From the human T2T-CHM13v2.0 reference genome, Homo sapiens: a stretch of 64,000 bases of DNA. The notes beneath the pieces were generated by a model, which made no database searches, had not been told where the DNA came from, and was given only the letters and a program-made list of their open reading frames with translations. Numbering within the stretch: position 1 is the stretch's first letter; every line of letters starts with the position of its first letter. The stretch lies in the NCBI RefSeq assembly GCF_009914755.1, contig NC_060935.1. One strand, given 5' to 3'. A program made the position numbers and the translations under genes. Shown here one piece after another: positions 29,469 to 44,322 of the stretch.

Positions 29469-29566
29469 GTGACAGCTAAAATATGTGATGGATTAAGGTG
29501 ACAGCTAAATATGGATTAAGGAGGCAGATGGATTAAGGTGACAGCTAAAATATGTGATGGACTAAG
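29469..29566 (+). repeat. Short imperfect tandem repeat, ~29-nt unit GTGACAGCTAAAATATGTGATGGATTAAG
   Basis: Two full units, one shortened unit and one partial unit read directly. Confidence 0.9.
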
Positions 29567-30937
29567 AATTGATGAAAAGTTTAGTGTACATCAAAGAAAG
29601 CACTTGCTAGTTGCCTTCGTCCTTTGCATTTCTCTTATCTCATTTAATCCTCAGACCTGCCCTATAAGACAGATGCAAAATTAGCCCCATTTTGCAGAGG
29701 AGAAAACTGAAGCTCTAAGAGGTTTCACAAGATACCCACTCTCACTTAGCTAGTGAGCCATGGGACCTGGGTTTTGAACCCAAGCAGTCTGCCTTCTGAG
29801 CTTACAATTCTGCCTGCTAGGGCAACCGATCTCTGAGCAATCTGGGTTGCTATGGTTTTTCTCCCACTTAGGCCATCAGCAAACGTTCCCAGACCTTGAG
29901 GCTCGGTCCTGCCTCCAGATATCATAATATAACTCATTTGCAGTCCATGGTGTGACTTCACTTGCTGAGGTCCCCGTAGTCTTGTGGCCTCATCTTTTTC
30001 TAATGTTTCAGTTACATTATCCTCATTACCATGCAACAGGCATAGATTTTGAAGATGCAGCAGGTTACATTTTGTATCCAAATGTTTATTTGGTAGCCAA
30101 AGGATGGAAAGGTTTGTACTCCTAAATTTAAACATTCTTACATTTCACAAGGTCACTGGGCAAGTTTATTTTTTAATACATATTAGCAAAATTGTCTCAT
30201 AATTTCCTTCTGTAGTTGTTTTTGATACTGTAAATAAACAAGATAATACGCGTGAATGTACTTAGCACATGGCAGCCACTCAGAATTTTTTTCAAATGTT
30301 TGTTTAATGGCAAGCTTTTGTAAACGTCCACATAATAAGGAAAGATGACTCTGGGTTTTAGGGAAAAGATGATGTCATAAAAGATGGCATTATGTCACAT
30401 GTCAGCATGTGAAGACTTTATTTTCCATCATCCTTTTATTTCTGAAAACAACTACGATTTATTGAGCACTAACCATATGCCAGGCAATGTACAAATCCCT
30501 TTGCATGTATCAACTCCAGTAGGCCCCATACTTGTAAAGAAATATGGGCCTTTTGTTACAAGCATGTGGCTACTAAACTTAAGTCCTTGACACTGAAAAA
30601 ATCTATCCAGGAGATAATCATTCCTAACAATGTTAGTGATGGTCAGATGATTTTTAAAGAGAAAGCTACAGCAAAGACAGGTTCCTGCTGTGGGTCTTGA
30701 TAAAGAAGGTGTTCTGTTTGAACAGAAGATTTTGATGAAAAAACGGAAAGGGCAGAAACTCACAAATCCTAGAAAACTCTTCATCTACAAGTTGGACCTT
30801 TATTGAGTCTTTTAGTTTTCTGAACAGTGAGATAGTTTTGGTTCATATGTCCTAGGATCCCTAAGAATCACAAAGCAGGATTTAGCCGCTTGCTATTTTG
30901 TCACTTATACCTGTTTTCCTTAATGAAATTTCAAATA

Positions 30938-31085
30938 AGCCAGGTGCCATAATGCATGTTATAGTCCAGCTACTCAGGAGGCTTAGGTGCAAGGACCACT
31001 TGAGCCCAGGAGTTCAAGAACAGCCTGGGCAACATATCAAGATCCCATCTCAAATATAACTAAATAAATGAAACGAAACAAATCA
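30938..31085 (+). mobile_element. Alu monomer (FLAM-like) just upstream of the 60-nt exon
   Basis: Single monomer with A-rich tail. Confidence 0.8.
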
Positions 31086-31126
31086 AACCTATAAAAGTAA
31101 TTGGGTATGTTTCTTATTTGTTTTAG

Positions 31127-31186
31127 CACTGGAATATCCCAACCTTGACATATCAGAAACAACCAGAGACTATTGGGTAATTACAG
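31127..31186 (+). CDS. KIAA1549L: KIAA1549L small exon (60 nt, phase 1-1), PLEYPNLDISETTRDYWVIT; absent from ORF track
   Basis: tttgttttAG acceptor; ACAG|GTAATC donor; open frame that bridges flanking exons. Confidence 0.92.
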
Positions 31187-32130
31187 GTAATCTCTTATTT
31201 TGTAATTTCCCCTCTTCATGCTGTCAGATTGATTTATTTTTTTTAAACTGTAGGCCATTCATTAATAAGATTGGCACTTTTCTTTGCTCCTGTCTTATAA
31301 GTCAGGAAGTTACTTCTACAGGACCAGAAGTGAATGGGGTAAGCTGAGATGAGAAAAGACATCACACTGAAGATGAATATTAGCTAAACAATTCAAAACA
31401 GCTTTCAAGTCCTCTTTTGTAAAAAGTGACCCTATCAGAAGTTACAATGTTAACCGAAGAAGGTCTAGGGCATCAGTTTATAGTGAATGGTTATCAGTTT
31501 ATAGATGGAAAGCCTTTTTGGACTGCCCTGCAAAACCCAAATTAAAGTTAGAGGAAGGCCGGGCATGCACTTGCGTCTCTCCTCTGGCACAACATGTACC
31601 CAGACCAATCCTGGCAGGTCTTGACAGTGAGAGTGTTTGGAAATAGAAAGGGGTTCTTTTGGTGGCATTTTCTCTTTTGTTCCTTGACATTTTCCTGTGG
31701 ATCTTTATGGAACAGCAAAAAAGTTCTTCTTTGTGTTTTTCAAAGGCCAGACAGTAGTTTCGGGATTGAGAGCTGAAGAACAGATGTTTGTAGGAGGAAA
31801 AGTGGCCAGCCTAGCCAGGAAGGAGAGGAACAGGAGGAGAAGTATATGAGTCTACTGGCACTGCTATAAGCAAGTGCCACAGACTGGGTGGCTTCAACAA
31901 CAGACATTTATCTGCTCTCAATCCTGGAGACTAGAAGTCTAAAGCCAAGGTGTTACAGGATTGGCTTCTTCGGAGACCTCTCTCCTTGGTTTAGAGATGG
32001 TCATCTTCCCCCTGTGTCTTCACATGCCCTTCCCTCTGGGTCTGTCTGTATCCTAATCTCTTCTTATAAGGACACCATCATATTGAATTAGGGCTCCCCA
32101 GTATGACCTCATTTTAACTTCATTTCCTCT

Positions 32131-32431
<301 letters not shown>

Positions 32432-32526
32432 TAACTTCATTACCTCTTTAAAGGACCTGTCTCCAAATACAGTCACGTTCTGAGGTACTTGGGGTTAGGG
32501 CTTCAAAATAGGAATCTGGGGGGACA

Positions 32527-32819
32527 GGCCGGGTGTGATGGCTCACCCCTGTAATCCCAGAACTTTGGGAGGCTGAGACAGTTGGATTGCTTGAGGTCAG
32601 GAGTTCAAAACCAGCCTAACCAACATATCTAGTAAAAATACAAAAAAAAATTAGCCTGGCCTGGTGGCAGGTGCCTGTAATCCCAGCTATTTGGGAGGCT
32701 GAGGCAGGAGAATCACTTGAAACCAGGAGGCGGAGGTTGTAGTGAGTCAAGATCATGCCACTGCACTCCAGCCTGGGCAACAGAGTGAGACCGTGTCTCA
32801 AAAAAAAAAAAAAAAAAAG
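32527..32819 (+). mobile_element. Alu (AluS-like)
   Basis: Dimeric Alu with small left-arm deletion, poly-A tail. Confidence 0.95.
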
Positions 32820-35184
32820 AATTGGAAGTGGGGGGACACACGTCAGCCTGTAACAGGGTGGAGGAAAATCCTGCACATCATGGAAGATGTGCCTGGGTAA
32901 GCAGCCTGGTCCCAAACCTCCCCTCTGTCCTCTCCCATCCCCTCTCTCACTTGCGGTCCCAAGCAAGCAGCAGATGGGCTGCTGCCTAAAATACTAAGGA
33001 CTGTACACCCCTGCTGGATGAAGCCTGCTCAAGAACTCTTCTAAATTGCAGAACATTGCATTTCTTTCCCTCTGCTGCAGAGCCATCGGTATGCAGAAAT
33101 CATTTTACCTGCTAAGAAGGCAAACAAAAAAACCAACCCACCAGAGTTTATGCCCAAGAGAGAAACAGTGCTAACCCAGCAACACATTTTTGGAGCTAGT
33201 GGCTTATGTAACATTTACAAAATCATGTTTTCTTTACAAGGAATGGTGTTTTTTTTAACATGGAGATATTCCTCCCTTCTATTAACTTTAAGGTTTACAT
33301 TAAATGATAACTCATTCACTCTTCACCACAGGCTGTCCTTGACAACCTCTTGTGTCATCTTTTCTTCATCTACCCGTGTCTTGCCGTGCCTCTATTTTGG
33401 TAACATAACCTTAATCAAAAGCTCCATTCCAGGTCTTTTTTTCAGGACTCTCCTCAGACTTAGCCTTCTACCCACTCACTTATGAAACCCTTATTTGTTA
33501 TTGCTGTTGGTGTTCAGAATAAACAGTGGCTTCCATCACTGTGTTTAGGGCTAGCTGGATCAGTTGGTTAGTGCTTGGGAAGGGCTGGAACCAGGTCTTA
33601 GGATGATCATCCTGCCTTCCCTTTGACCTGTGACCACCTTCTGAAGCCCTGGGTAGCCACCAACCAACCTGCCCCATAATTTACCAAAAGGGTAGAGGAT
33701 AGGGACCTGTGAGGCTTTGTTCAGCCTTTACTCCCAGACATGCATCACAGGCTTTCTGTCTTCTGCTCATTTCTAACAGCCAAGAGGATTTGGAGCAAAT
33801 TCTCTTTTCTGTAGTTTGTATTATAAAAGCCTGACATGTTTTCATCTGTTTTCCAACTATTAAATAGGTTTTTGCAAACTGCACATACTTCTCCTGCCTC
33901 AGAGGGTGGGTCCCTTCTTGATGGAAAATCACTGGCTTAAGGTGACTCCTGAAGTCTCTTTACAGAGAACCTAGAGGCTACCCTGCCACTCAGGGGTCCT
34001 GCAGTGAAGTTTGTATATGTGAGGCAAGATAGAAATGTGCAGATTCAATATTGCTGCCAGACAGAGGGGACAGCCCATTTCAGGCTTATCCATCTGCCTT
34101 TATTTCTCCCACCAGAGGCAAAATATCCCAGACCCAGCAATGGAAAAATTTCTTCTGGTCTCAGCTCTGCCATTTTCTAACCTAGTGTGTCCTTGAGCAA
34201 GCCACTTGGGCCATTGGACTTCACATTCTCCTTTTGTAGGAGGAGGGAGAAGTATTAACTGAGCATTAAGATTCTTTTAGTGCTAAATGTGTAGGATCCA
34301 ACTGCAAATAAAACAATTTAGCCTGAGTACAGAAGGCTGAACCAGGCCTGATCACTTGAATTGTAGAGCCCAGTATGATTGTGAATAAAGAAGGAATAAG
34401 AGAACAGCGATGTGAAGGTCATTGAATCTTCTGGACAAAGCTTCATTGAACACAGCTGGGGACGTGCCCAGCTCCTCTAAGCTGAGTCACGGGTGGCCAA
34501 GGCTGGGGGACCAGGGCCCTGGCTGATGCACTAGGGGGCTGGTGTCTTCCTGGTTGTCTGCGCCAGGTCTGAGCTTCTATGGTTCTGTGATTTCTGTGTC
34601 TCTGTGAGAGAGAGAGGTACATGCCCCTTTCTGCTGCCTTCCAGGTGGACAGAGAGGGCTAGGGAGCCTGAGCCTGCCACATTTTTCAGGGGAAGGGGGA
34701 GGAGCCACATCCTGGGACACATTTCCATGCCTTGCAGGTGTTTTCTTCCTCTGGTAAGGATGTGTTTAGCAAACAAGGGGCACATCGTAACAACAGCAGC
34801 TACCATTTATTGCCGTTCCCTCAAGGGCCTTATGATAGTACCAGGCTAGAAGCATTTTTTATTGAATTATCCTTTCTTAACAGTGACACGATCAGTAGTA
34901 GATTATGATCCCTGTGTTTTCAGATGAGGAACTGAGGCATAGAGAAACTCAGCAACTTGCCTGAGACTACTCAGGAAGGGGAAGCCAGGAGGCAAACTCA
35001 GGGCCCTGCCCCCAAATCCAGCTCTTCCCCAGGTGCCCCCTAAGAAGGACACATTCTCTTTGCAAAGAGTGGTGACAAAGCTGTGGAGATTGTCCAGTTG
35101 ATCCCCTGTAACTCTGTGAGAGATTCCCACAGCCTCTGGCACTTCCGTGGAGGCTTTTTTTTTTTTTTCAAAAAAATTTTTATT

Positions 35185-35476
35185 GGCTGGGTGTGTTGGC
35201 TCACACCTGTAATCTCAGCACTTTGGGAGGCTGAGATGGGAGGATTGCTTGAGCCCGGGAGTTTGAGACCAGTGTGGGCAACATAGTGAGACCTCATCTC
35301 TACAAAAACAAAAAATAGCCAGTGTGGTGGCTCATGCCTGTAGCCCAGGCTACTTGGAGGCAGAGGCTGGAAGATTGCTTGAGCCCAGGAGGTCGGGGCT
35401 GCAGAGTCGTGATCCTGCCACTGCATTCCAGCCTGGGCAATAGAGGGAAACCCTGCCTCAAAAGAAAAAAGAAAAC
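35185..35476 (+). mobile_element. Alu (AluJ-like)
   Basis: Dimeric Alu, A-tail. Confidence 0.92.
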
Positions 35477-37524
35477 AATTTTATTGTAAAATATACCTAA
35501 CATAAAAGTTACCATTTTGAACATTTTTAAGTGTGCAATCCAGTGGGATCAGGTATATCCACAATATTGTATAACCACCACTGCTATTTCCAGAACTTTT
35601 TTGTCCCCTGGAGGCTTTTGACTATTCCCTTTATTTGATGTCTGCCTTTGAAGCATCACCGAGATTCCCATAAAATAATCCCTGATGACACCTCTCGACT
35701 GTCCTGTGTCCCCTCTCTCACTCTTGGCCAGTGGTCAGGAGAGGACAACTTAGAAGTAATACTTCAGTCATTTGATCTGTTATTTTGCTAGAGGGGCCGT
35801 CTTTGAACCGGCAAGTACATGGGCTTTTCTGTCTGGGGACAAGAGGTGGGCCAGCCCTTCCATGATCTGATAGCTGTGTCATGAGGGATTCCAGGGGTCC
35901 TCTGGGACCTGACACAGTGGGAACAGCACAACTCTTTGTTTTATGAATTTGCAGGAATTAGGCTGATGCATGAGCTGGGAGTGTCTCACAAGGGCCCTAG
36001 AAAGAGAGCTGCTTTTATACCCTCCAGGGGGATTATTTGGCATTTATGGCTTCAAAGAAGTAATTTCAGAGACCTAGCTGTGACTTTTCTTTCTCGCTTG
36101 ATCTATTTAAACATCATTCTCTGTATCTGTTGTCGCCGGTTATCTGGGCTTGTATGGAATGTGATGATTAGCGTTGGCTGCTGGTAGCCCCCTGTTGTAC
36201 TGGATGCCATAACTGCAATGCGTTCTTCACATCCAAGCTATTTCCATATCCTGGTAGGTGGATGATATCGATGATCCTTGGATGGGCTCTGGTAGAACAA
36301 ACTCTATTAATAATGGAAAATCTTATCTTCCCAGCCCTTTCAAGTTTTGGTCTCTTTAAGAAAATGAGATTTGTTTTTCACATTTTTAATTTTAAACATG
36401 ACCGTGTTTGAAGGCAGCCTTTGTGTGTTTGGGGTGAAGAATGTTTCCCAAGGGATGTGGAACAAGGACTGGACTTTGAGGGTAGACAGAAAAAGGGAGT
36501 TGCCCTGATAGTAAGTGAACACAGCAGTCCTAGAACAGCCCTGGTGGTCCTGGAAACCCTCCTCCCTGCACTGGCCATGGCTGAAACCATCATTCATGCC
36601 TTACCTGTTGACTGCAGATGCCCTGGCTATAGATGAAGCCTAGCGGTGGAAAAAGGATGGGCAAGAAGGGTGTTCCCTTTACCTTCCTCACAGCAGGCAG
36701 TGTTCTAAGCTGCTTTACATATCCTGTCTCATTTAAACCCTAGAGCTCATTGGGCTTATGTTGGCTGTGATGTACACTTTCTTATTGCCTTTTTACAGAG
36801 AAGGACTTGGACTCAGAGAGGGCCAGTGGCTTGCCTGAGGTCCCTGAACTGACAAGTGCCATAAGAGATAGCTCACTCTTTCCATTCAGCCATCCTCTTC
36901 TTGAATGAGAGAGCATCTGAGGGGTTTGGGTAGCTTTAGGGTGGGCATTCAAAGGACTCCACAGAGGAGGAAGAGATGAGGACACTGAACAGGGTAGTCT
37001 GCCCAGATATAAGGGATTGAGTTGCAGGATGGAGCTCAAGCTGGGACAAGGCAAAATAAAATAGGAATAGCCCTGAGCCAGACCTTGAGTGGAAACCAGC
37101 AAAAATACCCGTTAGCCATACCTACAGCTGTGCTGTGTTCCCATGTGGACTTTTAGCAACACAGATCATCATCTTAGGTGAAGTCTGAGTTAAATACGGC
37201 AGCATTCGCAGTGTCACAGTTCACAGAGCAAAGAGCCCAGGCTCTGGAGTTACACAGTCTGGCTTGGGTTTGGACCCTGACTCTGCTGGTTGCTAGCTGC
37301 GTGACCTCAGACAAGTCACTTAATCTTTTCAGCATCTATAACATGTGGATAATGATTGTCATAGGGCTGTCGCGAAGGTGAAGTGAGGTAAGGTTGGCCA
37401 AGCCCTAACATGAGGTAGGACACAGTGGCCCTTGGTGGCCTGTGCAGGGTCAGTGGTGCTTGTGCTTACTGAATCAGCAGAAAGTCTGCCTTCTGAGCCT
37501 CTGCTCTGCCTTCTGCATCCACAG

Positions 37525-37676
37525 TGCTGCAGGGTGTGGACAATTCGCTGGTGGGCCTGCACAACCAGAGCTTTGCCCGGGTCATGGAGCAGCGCCTGGC
37601 CCAGCTATTCATGATGTCCCAGCAACAAGGCCGGCGGTTTAAACGGGCCACCACCCTGGGAAGCTACACTGTGCAG
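37525..37676 (+). CDS. KIAA1549L: KIAA1549L exon (152 nt, phase 1-0), VLQGVDNS...RRFKRATTLGSYTVQ
   Basis: catccacAG acceptor; CAG|GTAGGT donor. Confidence 0.95.
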
Positions 37677-38189
37677 GTAGGTGTATACAGAGCCACTGGG
37701 GTTTTCTAATAACTGGGGGTAGAGGGGGGGATGTGCTTCCTGAGACTAAATAAGTCAGTGTGCTCAGAGGAGCCTCCATGCTGCCAACTGACTAAGCCAT
37801 TTTATCAAGGCTGCTCTTAGGTTTTGGGAACTGACGGTCATAACCATCAAAAACATGAAGGAGGGTGAGAGTTTGCTGCTCTTCCGACATTGTCACTAAC
37901 TAGGTTATAACACAAGGAAGTCTCGGTACAAAATCTGTACTCATGCAGATATTTTTGAAACAAAAAATTCTTGGTAAGCAAGGACAGACTCATCATCAGC
38001 TTGTTCAGTAAGCTCAATGAAGTCCCAGCTCTCTGTCCTTTTAGACCCTCTCACCTCCATTCCTCTGAATAGCAGATGCACCATTATTCCAGAGACAGGA
38101 TTCTGTTACCTGTATGTAGTCAGTTTCAACAAACAGAACCCTCCAAGCTTATAGTGGACACCTGGCCACGGAGAGATTTAGGCTGGAGG

Positions 38190-38612
38190 AATGTAGCAGA
38201 CACTAGCTGTATCCAGCCCACATCCCCTTACCATTTTTGTGCATTCCAGTTGGAGTTCCAACAGCCAGCCTCTGAATCTTTTTCAGAGGGCTTACTTTTG
38301 AGATGTCAAAACCTGCTTTGCCCATGCCATGCTGGTTGGAAGTGCCTGAGAATTACCAGTATTATAAATACCCTGGTTCTCTTGGCTGGGAGAATTCTGA
38401 AATGTATGTTTTAGATCATTTTCAGAGCTTTCCCACAGAATTAAGCTTTAGTCATTGACTGCAGTAACTGGCTTAATAACGCATCCCTTGTAGGCTCCTT
38501 CCCATTCTTGTATTACCTCCTCACCCTCCTGCCAGTTCGTTGCACCTCTCAGATAAACTAGAAGCGCTCAGCTCTTCTCAGGGTCTACTTCTGAGGGCAC
38601 CCAATCAAGGCA
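38190..38612 (+). mobile_element. Old ERVL LTR (LTR16-like)
   Basis: 3' end cagataaacta...ctcagggtctacttctgagggcacccaa resembles LTR16 family. Confidence 0.55.
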
Positions 38613-39316
38613 GTAGCCATCCCCAGGAGTAGAGATTCTAAACCTTTCTAGAAACTTTAGCCAGTTCCTGCAAGAATGGGAGCCTCTCTGGTGTATTCTA
38701 GCCAGGTCTGCTTATCTTGAATTGCACTGTCACCACTGAGAACTCATGTCTAACATTTGTTGTGCTAATTAACAAAGCTCTGTTGAGCATGATGTCAAAT
38801 TAGAGAAGCACTCCTGGTAGCTGCCTCTGGAGTGGGGACTTCCTACCTGGAATTGAGCAGACTACCCCTGGCATGTGAACCCCTGATTGATGATTGACCA
38901 CATCTCGGGTGTAACTGAACCATAGCACACATGCATAGTATCACACTGTCTAAGAGTAAGCATTTTAAGGGAAATTGCAGCCATTAGCATAGTCTGTGTG
39001 CAAATCCTGTCTCCAGGCAATCTTGAAAGTATAGACAACCCATCTTAATGAACACACTTCCCCGCATGAGTCATCATCATGCCCCTGATGGAGACTCCAG
39101 GTCCCTCCATTCGCAGTTGGTGAATTTGGCCGTTTGTCCTATTGGATGTTGCTTTGGTTCTAAAAGTCTCTGTGGTCTGAGATGACCTTACCACGAGGTA
39201 AAGCGGTGGTTAAGCTTGCGTGTCAGGTTTGTGATTTCTCCTTTGTAGGTTCCATGTGAGCTCTATAATTTCCACTTTTCCAAATGACAGGAAGAAAGTC
39301 ACTGGTGCTCAGATAA

Positions 39317-39751
<435 letters not shown>

Positions 39752-40452
39752 TTCTCTCATTTCTTCTAAGAGCTCAGTGCACTTGGCCCCTTTAGCTGCC
39801 TGGAAAGTCTGAGGGAAGCGGGTGGGGGTTTATTTCTGCAAATCCCTGATTTACAGAGGGTGTAGATCACCTTGTAACATACCCTTAAGGAAATCTTGGC
39901 AGGAGGAATTTGCTATTAAGTTGAAACTGAGAGAAACTATTAGATATTTGAATGGTCATTCAACTTCTACCAGATTCTACTAACACTTTCCCCACCTCCT
40001 TTCCCACTAGGGAAAGGAATAACATGCCCCAGTTTCCCCGAAAAAATTCACTCTACGTGGGTTACAATATCCTTCTACCCTGAGGCCTTTCTTCTAGGCT
40101 TAGATCATTTTAAAAGATGAGCTACCTTCATGAATATGGAGATTTAACTGTCTAGAATCTAAAGATATTTCTTAAGTTGACATATTTGAAAAATTGAGGC
40201 CTAAGAGAAAACATGTGACCACTAAAAATTTTTAAATATTTGACTTAATTTGTAATCGAAGTAAGGCAAGTTTTAACTACCACAAGATGCCATTTTCACC
40301 TACCAAAGATTAGTAAAATACTAAGATCCAGTATTGATGAGTGTGGAGCGAAAAGGGCACTTTCAAACAGAGCAACTGGGTATGATTTTTCTGGAGGAAT
40401 TTAGACAAGAAACTCTTAGATGATCACAAACTGACTCCTAGAAATTCATCTC

Positions 40453-41250
<798 letters not shown>

Positions 41251-41468
41251 TGATCTTATCAAGTGTTCTTTTGAAAAGGGGCTCTCTGGCCAAATCGGTT
41301 TGGGCAAGGCTGCATCCTAAAGCCCCTTCTTGAAGAGTCCCAAAGCCTATTTGCATACCAAAGCTCTGAAAAGACCTGAAGTAAAGACATCTCCTTAATT
41401 TTCTTCAACATGCTGGTTTCCAAGTTTAAACGTCAAAAAGCCCTTGTTTTTAAGTAATATCTATATAG

Positions 41469-41786
<318 letters not shown>

Positions 41787-41789
41787 AAC

Positions 41790-43100
41790 ATTTTCAAACT
41801 TGTAGAAAAGTTGATAAAATTATAGTCAACACCCATATCACTATCTAGGTTCTACAATTGACATTATACTGTTACTATTTTATATTTGATTACATATATC
41901 ATTTCCAAACACTTCCATAAGGTTTTCTTAACATATATTTTCATATACTTCTAAATCATAGATTGATTTTGACATTCTAGCATTTCATATAAATCGAATC
42001 CTACAGTACATACTCTTTTGTATAAAGCTTTTTTGACACAGTGTATTGTTTTGACATTCATCCATGTTGTTGTGTTATTCAGTAGTTTATTCAATTTTTT
42101 TGCTGAATAATATTCTCTTATATGAATATACTACAGTTTGTTTATCCATTCTTCTGTTGGTATACACCTGGGCTTTTCCAGTTTGTAGCTATTAAGCAAG
42201 GCTGCTGTGAACATTCTTCCACAAGTCCTTTGGTGACCACATGGCTTTCACTCATCTTAGTTATATAGGCTGGAATTGCTGGTTCTTAGGGTTGGTGTAC
42301 ATTAATTCTATAGGAAACTGCCAGACCTTTCTTCAAAGTGGTTGCACCATTTGCACTCCCACCAAACAGACAGGTGTTCCAGTTGCTTCACTTCCTCATC
42401 AACACTTGGTGTTGTCAGTTCTTACTTTAGCCGTGCTGGTGGGTATAGAGTGGTCTCTTGTGGTTTCAATTTGAATTTCCCCATTGAGCATTTTTATGTG
42501 CTAATTGGTTATTCAGACATCTTCCTTTGTGAAGTGTCTGATCAGCTCTTTTGCCCATTTTCTATTGGGTTGTAATAATATCTTTTTTAATTGTTATGTA
42601 TAGCATATACACAAAACAGTATAAGAAAGATGCAGAATTTAAAGGACACTAATAAAAAGAATCCACAACCTGAAGGGTAAGAACGTTACCCTTACCTTAT
42701 CCCAATAGCCTTTTATATGTCTTCTCTGATTGTACTCCCTTCTTCCCTCTTCAGAGTTTAGAGTGAATCTGAATTTTGTATTAAATCATTCCCATATTTT
42801 TTGTATAGATTTTACCATCCACGCCTGTATCTCTAAATAGTATATTATGTAGTTTTGCTTAACTTTTAACTTTATATTTTGTGATTTGTTCCTTTTGCTC
42901 AACATCAGGCTTTTGTATTCATCCATAATGATACAAATAGCCATAGTTTATTCATTTTCACCACTACACTATAGTATGTCATCATGTGAGTATACAGTAG
43001 CTCATTATCCAACCAATTATTAACAACTTTTGAATTTTTAGTCTTTTTACTGTTATAAACAATGTTGCTATAAACATTTTTGTAAAGTCTTTTAATATCC
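41790..43100 (-). mobile_element. Old L1M fragments (antisense)
   Basis: AT-rich; motifs gtttgtttatccattcttctgttgg, gctgctgtgaacattctt, gaaactgccagacctttcttcaaagtggttgcacc. Confidence 0.75.
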
Positions 43101-44150
43101 TGTGAAACTCATAATCTGTAATATAAACTTTGGAAAATACTATATACTATTTATGATTTGTCCATTATAACTGCAAAAAGTTGATAACCAATGTTCGATA
43201 ATCAAGGGTTAGTTTGATTTACCAGGCATGCGTACTGTAGAACACTATGTAGGTATTAAAACTTAAGTTTTAGTATTTATGATTATCAATTGTTAATTAC
43301 AGTAGTAAAAAATTAGTAACAGTCTAAATGCTTAATAAAGGATTGTTTAAATAAGTTTATGAGGTATGCATCAGAATGCCATGTAAAAATAAACGTTTAT
43401 GCTTTTGTTATATTTAAGGTCCTTTAAAGATGCAAGTAAAAATTGCAAAATATTGTATATAGACTATGACAAATAATTTTGTAAACTAATAAGGAAAAGG
43501 GTTGTGTGGGCAAAAACGAAGAATGGAAGCAAATACTCTATAATGGCAACAGTAATTAGCTTGTGATAGAAGGATTACAGATTGTTTTTATTTTATTTCT
43601 TGATGTTTTTCCATATTTTCAAATTTTCCTATAGTGAATATGTATAACTTTTAGGTAAAAAAAAAAAAAAGCAAAACCGTTATTTTAGAAAAAGAACATT
43701 GGGTTTCCAAGTAGTGTTTTTATCAGAGATCTTTTGAATTGCAGACATATAAGTTAATTTTTCTCCCTTTCTGGCAATTACAGACATTTGAATTTAACAG
43801 TCGTGTTTGAGAATAACCTAACATGCCCTGAATTAAATGCAGAGGCCTATTTTCAAATGAGGCCAGAGTTCTGTGGATGCTGGGAGACATCACTATCCTG
43901 TGTTTTCTTCTCCAACCACAAACTGTTCTTTCCAGATGTTCGTATTTTTCAAACCTTTTTTCTCCTCCCAGTCTCCTGCTCCAGCGAGAGCAGGCTTCTT
44001 GAGAGGCTGGATATAGGGAGGTATGCGAAGGTTGGCGTCTAGCCACAGAAGTCTTCAGCAGTCAGGAGAGGAACATCTGCTGATCACCTGGGTGATTGCA
44101 GGGTCCATGCAAAATGCCCTGCAAACACTCGGCCTCTCTTTTTCCGAAAG

Positions 44151-44322
44151 ATGGTGAAGATGCAGCGTGTCCCAGGCCCGAAGGACCCAGCGGAGCTGAC
44201 TTACTATACCCTGTACAACGGGAAGCCTTTGTTGGGGACCGCAGCTGCCAAGATCCTGAGCACCATTGATTCCCAAAGGATGGCCTTGACCCTTCATCAC
44301 GTTGTCCTTCTGCAAGCTGACC
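44151..44322 (+). CDS. KIAA1549L: KIAA1549L exon (172 nt, phase 0-1), MVKMQRVPG...VLLQAD
   Basis: ctctctttttccgaaAG acceptor (AAG type); ACC|GTAAGG donor. Confidence 0.94.

Noticed and set aside
29469-29566. Repeat-spacer-like appearance (CRISPR-like)
   Set aside because: Eukaryotic intron, no unique spacers, no cas genes; ordinary slippage repeat
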